Positions 22,490 to 36,800 of a stretch of 64,000 bases of DNA are shown piece by piece; positions within the stretch are counted from its first letter, which is position 1; the number at the start of each line of letters is the position of its first letter. The position numbers were made by a program, and so were the translations under genes. Source of the DNA: Chiloscyllium plagiosum (Eukaryota); NCBI RefSeq assembly GCF_004010195.1, contig NC_057719.1, forward strand, positions 5,265,029 to 5,329,028, read 5' to 3'. The notes below the pieces were generated by a model. The model saw only the letters and a program-made list of their open reading frames with translations, was not told the origin of the DNA and did no database searches.

Positions 22490-22805
22490 CCCACTCTGAG
22501 CCAGAACTAGAGGTCATAGTCTCAGAATATGGAGTTAGCCTTCCAGAATTGAGATGAGGAAGAATTTCTTCACTCAGAGATTGTGAACCTGTGAAATTCT
22601 CTTCCACTGAAATTGGGGACCAGCTCTTTAGATATAGTCAAGAGGGAGATGGACGTAGACCTCGCGGCTAAAGGGATTTAGGGAATAGCGAGAAAGTGGG
22701 AGTGAGAAACTGAAATTACATGCTCAGCCATGATCATATTGAATGGTAGTGCAGGCTCGAAGGGCCAAATGGCCTACTCTTGCACTTTTTAAATGTTTTT
22801 ATGAC
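22490..22805 (+). mobile_element. CR1-type LINE 3' fragment
   Basis: agaactagaggtcatagtctcag..gagatgaggaagaatttcttcactcagag..ggctcgaagggccaaatggcctactc. Confidence 0.75.
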
Positions 22806-23569
22806 TCCTGTTGCTATTCTATCTGCACTGACTGTCCATTTCTGAACATGGGACATTTCTGAAGGACAGTTCAAGAAAGGCATACAGTTTTGAGATCAGG
22901 TCAAATGCTGTCGTTTAGATACAGAGATCGTCAAATGATTTGACATGGGTTTCAGCAGGACCTGCAAAGGGAAATAAGGCTCTGTCGGTGTGACAACCCT
23001 ATGTCAACATATCAAGAAGGGAAGTTTGTCTTTAGATTTAACACAAAACATTACAGCAGCCAACAGGAAGGATGCTGACAAAGCGTCAGAGGAGATCTAA
23101 GATCAACAGGAGATGGACACTTCAGGGTGACTGTGGAACTAATTACTAGAGACTTATTGATCATTTGTGCTAAATAATTGGGATTATTTGCTGGGAGTAA
23201 ACGAACAATGCAACACTTTTTTTCATCATCTTTTTGCATCTTTATCAGCCTGTTAAACCTGCCATCATTCACAGGACTCAATGTAATTCAATTTCAAATT
23301 GTAATCATGAATAAATACAGCAGATTCATTCAATAAAGTTAACAAATAATCATTGTAATTCATGGGTCAAAACAAGCTATAACTCTCGTGGGTAATGTGG
23401 AATAGGATGCTTATATTTCACATACTTTGCTCGCATAAATTATGATACAAACACCTATTATTGATTTGTTTTGTTTATCATACATTTCACTCAAACACTG
23501 AGAAAGGCCATGAGGATGAGGACACAACATCATCAGACCAGAGCAATGCTTCATGAATCAAATGTCTCA

Positions 23570-24605
23570 AAAAAGCAATAAAGGTGAAGTAGATGAAATA
23601 TGAGGGCAAGCTAGATAGTAATATTAAAGAAGATTGCAAGAGTTTCTTTTTAGATATATGAAAGGTAAGAGAGAGGCAAGAATGGACATTGGACTACTGG
23701 AAAATGAGGCTGGAGAAGCGAAAGGGAACAAAGAAATAGTGGATGAACCAAACAGGTAGTTAATTTGCTTCAGTCGTCATGTCGGAAGATACCAGTCGAA
23801 CACCAGACCTGGGGGCAGAGGTGTGTGCAGTGGCCATCACTAAGGAAAAGGTACTGGAGAAACTGAAAGGTCTGCAAGGTAGATAAATCACCCGGAGCAG
23901 TGGTCTTCAGCCCAGAATTCTGAAGGAGGTAGTTGAGGAGATTGTGGAAGAATTGGAGGGGACCTTTCAAGAATCATTTGTCCATTTGAAATCACTAACT
24001 TTCGTGCACTGCTCCTTCATCAGGTGAAGTGATCTCATCTGATGAAGGAACAGCTCTCTGAAAGTTTGTGATTTCAAATAAACCCATTGGATTATAACCT
24101 GGTGTCATGTGACTTCTGACTCGGTCCATCACAGTTCAACACCCGCACCTTCACATCAGGAATCTTTGGATGCGGGGAGAGTCCCAGTCGATTGGAAAAT
24201 GGCTAATGTAACACCTGTGTTTAAGAGGAAGGGTGGCACAACACTGGAAATTATCAGCCGGTAGCCTGACCTTAGTCATTGGTGAGATTTTAGAGTCCAT
24301 TATTAAGGATAAGAATGTGGCATATTTGGAAGTGCACGGTAAAATAGGATGTAGTCAGCATGGATTAATGGAGCAGAGGTCAGGCCTGACAAATCTTAGA
24401 ATTCTTTGAGGAGGTAATGAGTAAATTAGACGAAGGAGAGTCATTGGACATGACCAATTTAGATTTCCAGAAAGCAGTTGACAAAGGTGCTGCACAGGCG
24501 GCCACTAAATAAGACAAGATTGTATTGGGGGCAAGGTACTGGCATGGATACAGGATTGTCTGACTGGCAGAAAGCAGCCAGTAGGGATAATGGGGTCTCT
24601 TTCCG
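23570..24605 (+). mobile_element. Decayed CR1-type LINE ORF2 fragment (resumes ~26520-26872)
   Basis: DWKMANVTPVFKR, QHG, NLRILxEV and LDFQKAxDKV-like remnants; FADNTK-like remnant at ~26650. Confidence 0.75.
23975..24157. mobile_element. Penelope-derived palindromic short element
   Basis: Inverted arms ccttcatcag / ctgatgaagg; same family as 52993-53203. Confidence 0.7.
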
Positions 24606-24609
24606 GATA

Positions 24610-26520
24610 GGCAAAAGTGAGCACTGCAGATGCTGGAGTTTAGAGTCAAGATCAGAGTGGTGCTGGAAAAACACAGCAGGTCAGGCAGCATCCGAGGAGC
24701 AGGAAAATCGATGTTTTGGGCAGAAGCTCTTCATCAGGAATGAGGCTGGGAGCCTCGTGGATGGAGAGATAAATGGGAGGGGGTGGGCCTGGGAAGAAGG
24801 TAGCTGAGAGTGCAATAGGTGGATGGAGGTGGGGGTAAAGGTGACAGGTCGGAGAGGAGGGTAGAGTGGATAGATGGGAAGGAAAATTGGAAGGTGGGAC
24901 AGGTCATGAGGGCAGTGCTGAGCCGGAAGGTTGGAGGAGACGTGGGAGAGGGGAAATGAGGAAACTGGTGAAGACCACATTGATGCCATGGGGTTGAAGA
25001 GTCCCAAGGCAAAGATGAGGCATTCTTCCTCCAGGTGTCGGGTGGTAATGGAATGGCAATGGAGGAGGCCCAAGACCTGCATGTCCTCAGCGGAGTGGGA
25101 GGGGGAGTTGAAATGGTCGGCCATGGCGTGGTGAGGTGGTTGGTGCGGGTGTCCCGGAGATGTTCCCTAAGGCGCTCTGCGAGTAAGCGTCCAGTCTCCC
25201 CAATATACAGGAGGCTGCATTGGGAGCAACGGATACAATAAATGATATGTGGAAGTGCAGGTGAAACTTTGATGGATCTGGAAGACTCCTTTGGGGACTT
25301 GGGCAGAGGTGAGGGAGGTGGTGTGGGCACAGGTTTTGCAATTCCTGTGATGGCAGGAGAAGGTGCCAGGAGGGGAGGGTGGGTTGTTAGGGGGTGTGGA
25401 TCTGACCAGGTAGTCAAGGAGGGAATAATCTTTACGGAAAGCCAATAGGGATGGGGAGGGAAATATATCTCTGGTGGTGTGGTCCTTTTGTAGATGGTGG
25501 AAGTGGCGGAGGATGATGGGATTTGTACGGAGGTTGGTGGGATGGAAGGTGAGGTCCTGGGGAGATCTGGGACATGGATGAGATGTGCTGGAGGGCATCT
25601 TCAACCACGTGGGAGAGGAAATTGTGGCCTTTAAAGGAGGAGGCCATCTGGTGTGTTCTATGGTGGAACTGGTCCTCCTGGGAGCAGATGCGGCGAAGGC
25701 GGAGGAATTGGGAATACGGGATGGCATTTTTGCAGGAGGCAGAGTGGGAAGAGGTGTAATCCAGGTAGCTGTGGGAGTAGGTGGGTTTGTGGAAAATATC
25801 AGTGTTGAGTTGGTCACCGTTGATGTAGATGGAGAGGGCCAGGAAGGGGAGGGAGGTGTCAGAGATGGTTCAGGTGATATTAAGATCAGGGTGAGATGTG
25901 TTGGTGTGTCTGGAGGAAGTAGGAGGATTCAAAGGAGAAATTGTTGAGGGTGAGGACCAATTCAGCCAAACAAATAAGAGTGTCAATGGAAGGGTACTGG
26001 TGGGGACGTCGGGAGAGGGAGAAATGGAGGGCTTGGAAGCCCTGGACATGACAGATAGAGGTGTAAAGGGACTGGATGTCCATGGAGAAGGTGAGGTATT
26101 GGGGGCCAGGGAAACAGAAGTCTTGGAGGAGGTGGAGGGTGTGGGTAGTGTCCTGAATGTATGTGGGGAGTTCCTGGACCGGGGGGATAGCACATTATCG
26201 AGGTGGGTGGAGATGAGTTCAGTGGGGCAGGAGCAGGCTGAAACGATGGGTCGGCTGGAGTAGTCAGGCGTGTGGATCTTGGGAAGGAGGTAGAACCGGA
26301 CAGTGTGGGATTTCCGGACTATGAGGTCGAAAGCTATGGGTGGGAGATCCCCTGAGGTGATGAGGTTGTGCGTGGTGTGAGAGATGATGGTTTGGTGATG
26401 GGGGGTGTGTGGTCATGGTCAAGGGGGCAGGAGGAGGAGGAGGTGTCTTCAAGTTGGCACCTGGCTTTAGTGATGTAGAGGTCAGTGCGCCATGTCCACC
26501 CCCGCTGTGTCCATTAGTTT
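24610..26520 (-). mobile_element. Penelope-like retroelement (RT plus GIY-YIG), decayed
   Basis: MDIQSLYTSI, LAELVLTLNNFSF and IIYCIRCSQCSLLYIGETGRLLAERLREHLRD. Confidence 0.92.
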
Positions 26521-26872
26521 AATGGTTGGGGTTGGCAACCAACTTTCTGGATGGCAACCAGTGACAGTGCAGGGGTGATTGCTGGGACCACAATTACTCA
26601 TGTTACACATTAATAATCCTGACACAGGAATTGAGGACATTGTTGCTATGTTTGCAGATAACACAAGATAGATGGAGGGACAGGCAGTGCTGAGGAAGCA
26701 GAGAGGCTGCAGAAGGACTTAGATAGGCTAGCAGAGTGGGCAGATGGAATACAATATAGAAACATTTGAGGTGTAGACTACTTTCTAAATGGGGAAAGGC
26801 TTCAGAAATCTGAAGCGCAAATGTCCAAATTCAGAATTCTCTTCAGGTTAACATGTAGGTTCAGTTGGCAGC
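26520..26872 (+). mobile_element. CR1-type LINE RT fragment
   Basis: Decayed QGxxLGPQL / FADNT remnants. Confidence 0.65.
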
Positions 26873-27405
26873 TCATATGTCCTGGTGGCTAGTTTCCTGC
26901 TGGTTTGTCCAATGCAATGTTTGTTGCAGTCCTTGCAGGGTATTTTACATATTATGTACCCTGCAAGGACTGCAAACATTACATTGGACAGATGGGCAGG
27001 AAACTAGCCATCAGGAAACATGAGCACCAACTAGTCACCAAAAGACATGACCAACTATCGCTGGTATCCATGCACACAGGCAAAGAGGGACACTAGTTTG
27101 ACTAGGAAATTGCATTCATCCTGGAACAAGCTAAACAAAGTCACGCGCAGGAATTCCTAGAGGCCTGGCATTCAAACTGGAACTCCATTAACAAATATAT
27201 CGATTTGGACCCCATTTGCCAACCTCTCAGAAACAGAACTGGAAATGATATCACTCACCACAACAGACCAAGACACATAGCAAGCAGTACAGAACACCAA
27301 CGTGTCACCAGAGGCTCACTGATGATGTTACTCCCTGATGCTGCTAACCAGTGTGGTGTTGAAACATCTGAAAACAAACCCACCAACCAAGTGAGCAACC
27401 CAATA
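26873..27405 (+). mobile_element. Penelope-like GIY-YIG end with a short inverted 5' segment
   Basis: PCKDCKHYIGQMGRKLAIRKHEH; 26873-26950 is an inverted copy of 26955-27030. Confidence 0.85.
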
Positions 27406-27409
27406 ACCA

Positions 27410-27925
27410 GAATGTATAGATTTATATAACGAGTGAATGACTGAAAATGTTTGTTTAATTTTTTTTGTGTCTTATTTTGTATATGATTTCATGACTACCT
27501 CTTAACGAAACACAGTTTGGAATGGTATTTCATTTCCCAAGGATGAACACATTTTAATATTGAAGGACCACCTAGGAAAAATTGCAAGACATTGACCGAT
27601 GAGGACCTGAATTGGTAAGTGTTTTTTCTATCTGATTTCTTGGAAATGAAACTAACAGTTTAATGGTTTATGGGTTGTGACTGAGAGTCATGTGACATTG
27701 GAGAAACAGCCATGTAAAGTTCTTTATAACCTTTATTACCAAAACATCCTGATTTTGGAAGGAAAAGGAAACCTTGATGCTATCCTTTGTGCAACAACTT
27801 TTGGTCTCAGAATCCTTTTTACAGACCCAGGTTTCAGTGTAAAAAAGACCCAAAGAGGCTATATGTTTGTCTCCTGAAAACCTGCTTCTAATGAAAGGTT
27901 TTGGGAACCAGAGAAGATTTTCAAG
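27410..27925. repeat. Unclassified dispersed repeat, inverted copy of 387-1210
   Basis: Reverse complement aligns with 387-845 and 1152-1210. Confidence 0.8.
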
Positions 27926-30900
27926 TAACATTTCTGCCTGTCTGGTACATTCTGAAGGGTTGGGTGGTATCAAATGCTGAGTCTCAAACTTAGTTGAGAA
28001 TTGATGTCAAACATTGATCTATATCTGTCAGTTATTCATTCTCATTGACACAAACACTTTCTGGGGGATGTGAGAAGTCATCGCATTTTATCCTTTGTTT
28101 CTTTTTTTACCCATCCCTTTTCATTAAATCATTACTTCTACAGAGATTTTTTAACATAAATATTATTATACAATTCTATAGATATAGTGTGAATTCAGGA
28201 TTATAGCTCAGGTGTTAACCAGTATTTGCCAATTGTTTTAAGAATAAGTTTTATTCATAATAAACAGATTGTTTTGAGTTTACTAAAGAAGCAAAGGGAT
28301 TATTTCTTTATTTTGGATAATGATACAACAGAGAAGCAATTGGCAATTTTGATATTTGAATTGATACATGGACGGAGTGCGGAGGTTTGATTAACAACGT
28401 CACAGATGCAGAATTCCCTTCAGGTTTTATTCCACGAATCATTGAGATAATAATTTCCTGTATGCAAATGTCATTGACATTGGCTGTGTATCCATTCATA
28501 CAGTTGACTAAAAATTGAAACTTTATTTGTGAAGAAATGTCTGTGAACTTCTGTCCTGAATGATTTTGCTGTGATTCTGTGAGTATATGCTAAGTAATGG
28601 TCTGCAGGGCCATGGGGTAAAGGAAGGAGATTGGTACGAGATAACAGGGCAAATACAGGCAAGATTAGCCAAATGCCCTTCTGCTGCCCTGTAGTAATGC
28701 TCTGATGCTGTGATTAGTTTCTCCACACATTGGAAATCTCTCGCTTTAACCTATCAATTTCTCTCAAAACCCTAAAATCCATTATCAAATCTCACCGTAG
28801 TTGTTAATCTTTCAGGAAGTGCAATTTAGTTCATGTAACTGTCCAGATTATGCATATATAAAATCTCTGAACATCTTTTCATTCATTCATGTGATGGTTT
28901 TCCAGCATTTGTGGCTTACCTTTAATTACCCTGGTCTCGGTGGTATGTTGCCTTCTCGATTATTATAGTCAATGGATTATAGTGTTTTGATGCCAGCAGA
29001 TGTTATTATTAGATAAGTCTTATGATGCTAACCTATTTCTTTAAATTTAGGGTCTTGAGGGTTTGATAGCCTCTTTCCTTTGATTTTTTTACAGTTGAGA
29101 TTAGATTTCCTCAGCTTTGAGTAATCCATTCAGGTTCTAACCAAAATCCAAACTTAAAAATAAATTATACTAATATATAAATAAATCACATTGCTGCAAC
29201 AAAGATTGTTCCGTAGTTTGATGTCGTGGCATTGCTGCGACTGTGATCTTGTTCCAAGTCACAGATCTGTGACTGGAGGGGAGCCTTGAGATGGTGGTCC
29301 TCCCAAATATCTGCTATGTTTGCGTTTCTTGGTGGTAGTGTGTTCAGATTCTGAAATTGCTGTCTGAGGAAACTTGATGAATTATTAGCTGCATTTAGTA
29401 TACAGCAATTGCTACCACGTGCTGGTGTTGAAAGGAATGAATGCTGATGGTGGTGGATTAGGTATCCCAGGAGGAGTTAAACCCTTGAGCATTGGTAGTG
29501 CTGCAGCCATTCGGCAAGTGGAGATTATTCCTTCATCCTTCTAAATTGTATCTTGAGGAAAGGAGTCTTAGCCTTTAATGTTATCAATGTGTGCTCAGTG
29601 TCTGTGTATCGATGGACTCTTCTAGATGTTGAATTGTAACCTATGAGTTTTCTTGTAATGAGATCAGACTTTCTACTGGGAACCCTGTAAGTGTGAGGGA
29701 TATGCTCTGAGATGACGCTCTGCACTAAGTGCCAAGTGCCGAGGAATGTTCATCAGACCACAAGGTTCATGCAAAACAACCAGGCATCCACCAAAGCATC
29801 CAGCACCCCTCACCATCCCCTGACTCCAACACATCAGAGCCTAATGAGCTTCATTAGAGTCTGGGCATTGGCATTGTCCAGCCTCTAGCAGGTCTTTGAA
29901 TTCACAACAACTCCAGGCAGGAACAGGGTGCGAGTATTGCTGCACTGGGTGTTAACATATCAATCTTAGCAGTTTATGCAGCCCAGCTATGCGAGAACAG
30001 TCAGTGAGAAGCTTGCAACAATTTTGTTCCTTCTTTGTGGGAGATAACAGAGCAGAGGAAGTGATCTGTTTGATGAAGAAACACATTTTGTTTGAAGATA
30101 AGAGATAGTGGTACATCTCACATTTCCTTCCCAACCCAGAAGGGGTGACAATATATGTGACTATGTTTAACTGAAAGAGGGAAGACTCTGAACATGATCA
30201 GGTGGTAGATTAATGGGAAGCCTTTTAAGTAATTTCCTGTTCTATCTGGACTTGCTGAGTGAGTGCACCATTCACTCCTTGCAGTTTGCATTGGGAGCAG
30301 CACCAACACCCTCTGGCCCATGTGTTAATCTCATTGCCCATCGAAGTAATCAAGATAATTCTTATCATCCAGTCATATGTTCCATGTTTTTATATATATT
30401 CAGCTTACCTAGTCAAGCTGTATTTTTAAGTGATTTAAATCAGCGTGACTTTTCCCTGGCAGAGCCTCACTGATTAATATAAATGGGCCTAATTCACCAT
30501 CCTCTGACTGTAGATGTTCCTCCTCATCTCAGTTCTAAAGAGTTGATGCTTCACTCTGAGTCTGTGCCCTTGATCCTAATCTGTTCTCCACCTTCATTCT
30601 CTCCAGGCTTATCATTATTCTGTAAGCTTCAAACAGATTCCTCCTCAACCTTTGAAATCAGATCAAGTACAGACTCAGAGTCCTCAACTGCTCCTCATAT
30701 GACAAGCTTTTCATCCCTGGGATCATTCTTTGGAACCTCCTCTGGGCCCTCTCTAATGCAAGGATATGTTTCCTTAGATACAGGGCCTAAAACTGCTCAC
30801 AACATTCCAAATATGGTCTGACCAGAGTGTTATATAGTCTTAGCAGTACAGTATTGTTTTTGTTGTCTAGCCCTCTTGAAATGAATGCTAATGTTGTATT

Positions 30901-31034
30901 TGCCTTTTTATACCAGCTATCACTGGTATCCATGCACACAGATGAAGAGGGACCCTAGTTCAACTGGGACAATGCATCCATCCTGGGACAGGCAAACAAA
31001 GACACATGCGGGAATTCCGAGAGGTCTGTTTTTG

Positions 31035-32540
31035 GAGGACCAATTCAGATAATCGAATGAGTATGTCAGTGGTCCTCAACCTCAACAACTTCTCCCTTGA
31101 GTCCTCCCACTTTCTCCAGACCAAAGAGGTAGCCATGGGCATTCGCATAGGCCCCAGTCATGCCTACTTCTTTATTGATATGTGGAACAGTCCATCTTCC
31201 GCAGCTACACCAGCACCACTCCCCACCTTTTTGTCCGCTACATCAGTGACTGTACTGATGCCACCATGTGCTCCCACGAGGTGTTTGAACAGTTCATCAA
31301 TGTCACAAACACCTTCCACTCTGATCTCAAATTCACCTAGACAACTCGGACACCTCCCTCCCCTTCCTGGACTCTCCGTCTCCATTTCCAGCGACCGACT
31401 CAACACGGACGTACACTTCAAACCCACCGACTTCCACAGCTATATGGACTACATCTCCTCCCACCCTGCCTTCTGCAAAAATGCTTTCCCCTATTCCTAA
31501 TTCCTCTGCCTCTGCTCCCAGGAGGACCAATTCCACCATAGACGGCCTTCTTCTTCAGGGACTGCAATTTCCCCTCCCAGATTGACAACGATATCCTCCA
31601 AGGACAGAATCCCACTGGTCTTCACCTTCTACCCCACCAACCTCTGGATACAATGCATCATCCTCCTCCATTTCTGCTACCTACAAACAGACCCCACCCT
31701 CCACATGCCTATCTATATTCCACAGAGACCATTCCCTCCGCGACTTCTTTGTTAGGTCCACGCACCCCACTGACCCACCGTCCACTCCTGGCACCTTCCC
31801 TTGCCACTGCAACATGTAAAACCTGTGCCCACATCTCCCCCCTAGAGTCCGTCCAAGGCTCCAAAGGATCCTTCCACATCTGACAGAGATTTACTTGTAC
31901 TTCCACACATGTCATCTACTGTGTCCATTGTTGTTGATATGCTCTGATATGCACATTGGGGAGACAGGACACCAACCTGTGGAACATTTCAGAGAACATC
32001 TCTGGGACACACACATCAATCAACCCCACCGCCCTGTGGCTGAACATCTTAACTCCCTCTCCCAGTCGGCCAAGGACATGCAAGTCCTTGACCTCCTCCA
32101 CCACCAAATTCTTACAACGCCTTGTCTTCCACTTTGGGACCCTCCAACCATATGAAGTCACTGTCGATTTCACCAGTTTCCTCATCTCCCCTCCCCCCAC
32201 CATATCCCAGATCAAACCTTCCAACTCAGCACCACCTTCTTGAACTGTCCTACTGTCCATCTCCCTTCCCATGTATGTTCTCCACCCTCCCATCCAACCT
32301 ATCACCATCACCTCTCACCATCATCTACCTATTGCATTCCTGGCTACCTTTCCCCGGGCCCCCTCCCATTTATCTCTCAGCCCCCTGCTCCCCACCTCCC
32401 CCCCCCACCCCATTCCTGATGAAGAGCTCAAGCTCGAAACATTGACTCTCCTGCTTCTTGGATGCTGCCTGACGCGCTGTCCTTTTCCAGCACCTTTTCA
32501 TCTCTGATCTCCAGCATCTGCAGTCCTCACTTTTTCCTAG
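31035..32540 (+). mobile_element. Penelope-like retroelement, decayed
   Basis: VLNLNNFSLESSHFLQTKEVAMG, KPTDFHSY and HIGETGHQ..FREHL; a terminal CTGATGA..GAAAC motif at 32412-32447. Confidence 0.9.
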
Positions 32541-32559
32541 CTTACATTATGCCCCAGAA

Positions 32560-33093
32560 TGCTAAAACCTAATCAAGTTTGAATTTATTGTTTTTGCCAA
32601 CCTCAAATCAATCAGATAATCCAATGTTAGGGATATAAAGAAGCCGACATTTTGAAAGTTAGACAGAGACACCAACTGCCATCGACAGAGTAACTGCCAT
32701 CAAAACACTCTTTATCAAAGGTATCTTTTTCATATGAAACATCTTTGCAGCAAAAAAACCAAAGGTGACCCAGGGAAATCTTCAGCCAGAGGGAGTCAGA
32801 TACAGATGACAGCCTCTGTGTGGTTTTGAAATTCAGTTATTGTAATTTTAATAACTGCCTTATTTTTATAGAGTTGGAGGCAGATAACAGGCATTTAAGA
32901 GAAATGAGGCTGAGAATTGTAAATAGTTGTTGTTTAATGTTCACTTTTAGAGTTAAAGAATAAGTTGATATTTTTTCTTTAAGTCGTGAAATTTGGGAGT
33001 TCTCTGTCACTTATACTTTAAGAGGTGAGGTGAGGTGAACTTCTCTGGATGTTTAATTTAATTAGCAGAAGCACTCACCGCCGTGTCATGACA
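32560..33093 (+). mobile_element. Probable solo LTR fragment of another family
   Basis: LTR-like composition ending ..gtgtcatgaCA; no second copy in the window. Confidence 0.4.
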
Positions 33094-33429
33094 ATAGGCC
33101 AGTGGTGTTCTAAGAAAATAAATATGAATCATCATAAATACTTGACGGTACGAAGGGAAACTGTGGAATTGTTACCAACTCTGAAATAGCTAGATACCTG
33201 TCACAGCCACAAAGAAAAACCATTGTAAAATTATTATAATCCATTCAGAAAGAAATTCATACGTTAAAATAGAAGGTTGTTTTGCTGCAGCTTGTTAATT
33301 TATCACAATAATATAAAGATTTTTATATTGCGAGAAAGATTATACAATTGCTGTAGTACTATCAAGAATGCCATGTCGTGCAATATTCGGAGATAAAGAG
33401 GGCAGTATGAGAATGTATAGATTTGGGAT

Positions 33430-33810
33430 CTTGGAGAAGATTTGTAACTCAGGTTGGGGATCAGGTTGTTGTTTTCCTCCCTGAGCTATGAGTTTGTTTC
33501 CAGACATTTTGTTACCATGCTAGCTAACTTCATTAGTGAGCCCCAGGTAAAGTGTTGGTGTTCTGACCTGCTTGCTATTTATGCACCTTGGCTTGTCGTG
33601 GTGGGTGATATTATTTCTGGTTCTGTTTCTGAGAGGTTAGTAAATGGGGTCCAAATCTATATTTTTGTTAATGGAGTTCTGTTTGAATGCCAGACCTCTA
33701 GGAATTCCCATGCACGTCATTGTTTGGCCTGTCCCAGTCACCTGATGAAGGAGCTAATGCTTCCATATAAACCTGTTGGACTACAAACTGATGTTGTGTG
33801 ATTTCTAACT
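33430..33810 (-). mobile_element. Penelope 3' fragment plus a palindromic-element fragment
   Basis: Similar to 6080-6430; 33738-33810 is similar to 53119-53203. Confidence 0.75.
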
Positions 33811-36800
33811 TGCTGCAATAGTATAGCTCCAACTTTTATGTCGCTAGTGATGATTGCAACTTTGAAGAATTTCAAAAAGTTTGATGTCGCTAAAACTGGT
33901 GTGGTGGTTAATACTGCTTTTAAATTGTCAAATGCTTCCTGGCATTGTATTGTCCACCAAAGTTTTGTCTTTTTCTTCAGTAAATCTGTTAGTGGTGTCA
34001 CTACGCTGCTGAAGTTTGGAAAAAATTTCAAGGAGAATTGCTTTGTCCCAAAAATCAAAGCACCTCTTTCTTCGAGGTTGGTCTTGGAAATTTCTTGATA
34101 GCCTTCGTCTTTGCATTCCTTGGGGTCAACTTTCCATGACCACTTCTGCCTTTGCAAATTCAGTTTTCTTTAAGTTTATTACCAGTTTTGCCTCTCTTAA
34201 TCATTCCAAGAGCTCTGCCAACTGTACCATGTAATCTTTCCATGACTTATTAAATATCACTGCATTATCCAGATGGATGGCACAGTTTTTTAACCCAGCC
34301 ACAACTCTGTTATTGAATTTTTGAAATGTAACTGGTGCGCTCTTCATGCCAAAGGACATCACTTTGGATTGATATAGTCCATTTTGGGTTACAACGCAGA
34401 AATTTCTTTCGCTTTCTCTGATAAAGGAACCTGTCAATAACCACGCAGTAGTTTCAACTTGGTGATGTAACTGGCTTGTCCAACATTCTCGCTACAGTCC
34501 TCCAATTTCGGAATTGGATATGAGTCTGATTCTTTTTTTGTGGCGTTGACCTTCCAATAGTCCACACAAATTGTTGAATCCCGTCAGGTTTGGGAACTAA
34601 CATGATCAGTGAACTCCCACTCGCTCTGACTTGGTTCAATTATATCTTCGTTGAGCATTGCACCCACTTCCTTATGGACCTATGTGGTTTTGAAAGGATT
34701 AAGCCTTTAGGGGTGTTGTTTTATCAGAATGGCATTCCCTACTTCTATCTCATGCACAATAGCATTGGTCCTTCCCATTTTATTCCTGCATATGTTCTCA
34801 TACTGCTGCAACAAACCTTTCCACTGCATTCGTTGCTCCTGAGACAAATAATTCACTCACCTATCCCACTGTTCAAGGACTTCCTCATTGTTTAACGTAT
34901 TTTGAGGCACACCAAATTCCATGACGTCTGGATTTCATTCCCACTCTGCGGGGCAGTAACTAACACCTGTTTCTCCAGTTCCCTCTCGCTATTATAATAA
35001 GGTTTCAACATATTCACATGACATACCTGAAACAGTTTTTTCTTATTTGGCATCTTTACCAGATAGTTTACCTGACTCAACTTTTTCTCAATTTAATAGG
35101 GACCACTAAACCTGCCTTTGGAGGGATCTCCTACCACTGGTAACAATACAGGTCATCCCCAAAGGTAAACGTCTGAATTTTAGATTTTGTATCTGCCACC
35201 TGCTTCATCCTATTCTGTGCCCTCTTGAGGTGCTGTTTAGCTAACTCACCTACCCGATTTAATCTCTCCCTCACCTCCGATACATAATCCAAGTATGAGA
35301 TCTCTGACTTCGGGCTTGTCAATTTCTCTTTCAAAGGCCCTCTCACTTCATCTCCTAATACTAACTCAAAACTGAGTAGATTTGTTTGGGGCATTTCAAA
35401 AGGCAAACAATACAAATGGGATACCTTTATCCCAATCAGTTAGGTAATCCTGACAGTACACTTTTAACCTGGTCTTCAGGGTCTGATGCCACCTTTCTAA
35501 AGCTCTCTGGGATTCAGGATGACACGCACTGGATTTAAAGAAGTGAATGCCTAAGATATCCATGACTTCCTTAAACAGCCAGCAGCAAAATTAGACTCTT
35601 GGTCTGACTGAATCTCTCTGGGTAGCCCATATCATGTGAAGAGAGCAATTAACTCCTCTAGCACCCTTTTGCCTTAATACTCTTTAATGGAATTGCCTCT
35701 GGAAATCTGGTAGATGAACCCATTATAGTTAGCAAATACTGGTTCCCACTTCTAGTTTTCAGGAGATAGCTTCACAATCAATCATAACCTGCATGAAAGG
35801 TTCTTCGAATGTGAGAATTGGCAACAAAGGTGCTGGTTTTATTACTGCCTGTGGCTTACCTACCATTTGGTATGTACGACATGTATGGCAAAAGTTAACC
35901 ACATTCTTGTGCATTCCAGACCAATAGAAATGCTTTTGTACCTTAGCCTGAATCTTCCTCACACCTAGGTGAACTCCTACTGGTAAGTCATGTGCTACCC
36001 ATAACACTTCCTGTCTGTATGCTACTGGCAACACAATCTGGTGCACTTTGGCCCATTTCTCCTCTGCACTAACCTACCATAGTTTCCATTTTTATCTTAG
36101 GATTCTATCTTTATGATAATAACCTTCAGGAATATTCTCTGACTCCTTTTCTGACATGTATCAACATATACTCTATATCTTCTATTGTCTCATCCTTCTG
36201 TTGTAAGTACATTAGCCTTTCAGGACTAAACACTTCTGTCTGACTCTCTGCCTGTTCAGGTTTTTCCTGCACCATTACATCAAACAGGGTGTCCACTATC
36301 TGAACCTCAAATCCTTCACCTTTCTCTTTAGTTTTTGCTTCATGCTGTGACTTTTGATAGTGGGATTTTGTTATGACACAGGCTGGAAAAATTCCAGCGC
36401 ATTTTTCTTTTAACTCCTCAATTCCCTGGTCTTCCTTTGGCTTCTCCACAACAAAGGGGTGTCACTCCCATCTTGGATCCTGCCAAATCATTCCCAGAAC
36501 AAAGGATATTCCTGGATCTGACACTCTGTCAATCACTCCCACTGTTACTTCCCCAGTCTTGATTTGGCACTCCAATCTGACCTTATAAAGTGGAATGCTA
36601 AATTTCTGTCCATCTATCCCACAAATAGATCAGAAAGAGTACAAACACATTCAGCACTTTCTATTAGAGACTGGTTAGATCATGTATTTCGCAAAATTAT
36701 AATTTCTTTCCCTTCTCCCTCTGTTCTTTCTGAGTAAACTTTATCCACAAAGACAAAGTCTTTATAGAGATCAGGCACTAACTCCATACCCAGCCCCTGC

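Noticed and set aside
22800..22980. Strong minus-strand acceptor (cttatttccctttgcag) suggesting an antisense gene exon
   Set aside because: All three frames stop within ~22 codons and I could identify no partner exons; unsupported without RNA data.
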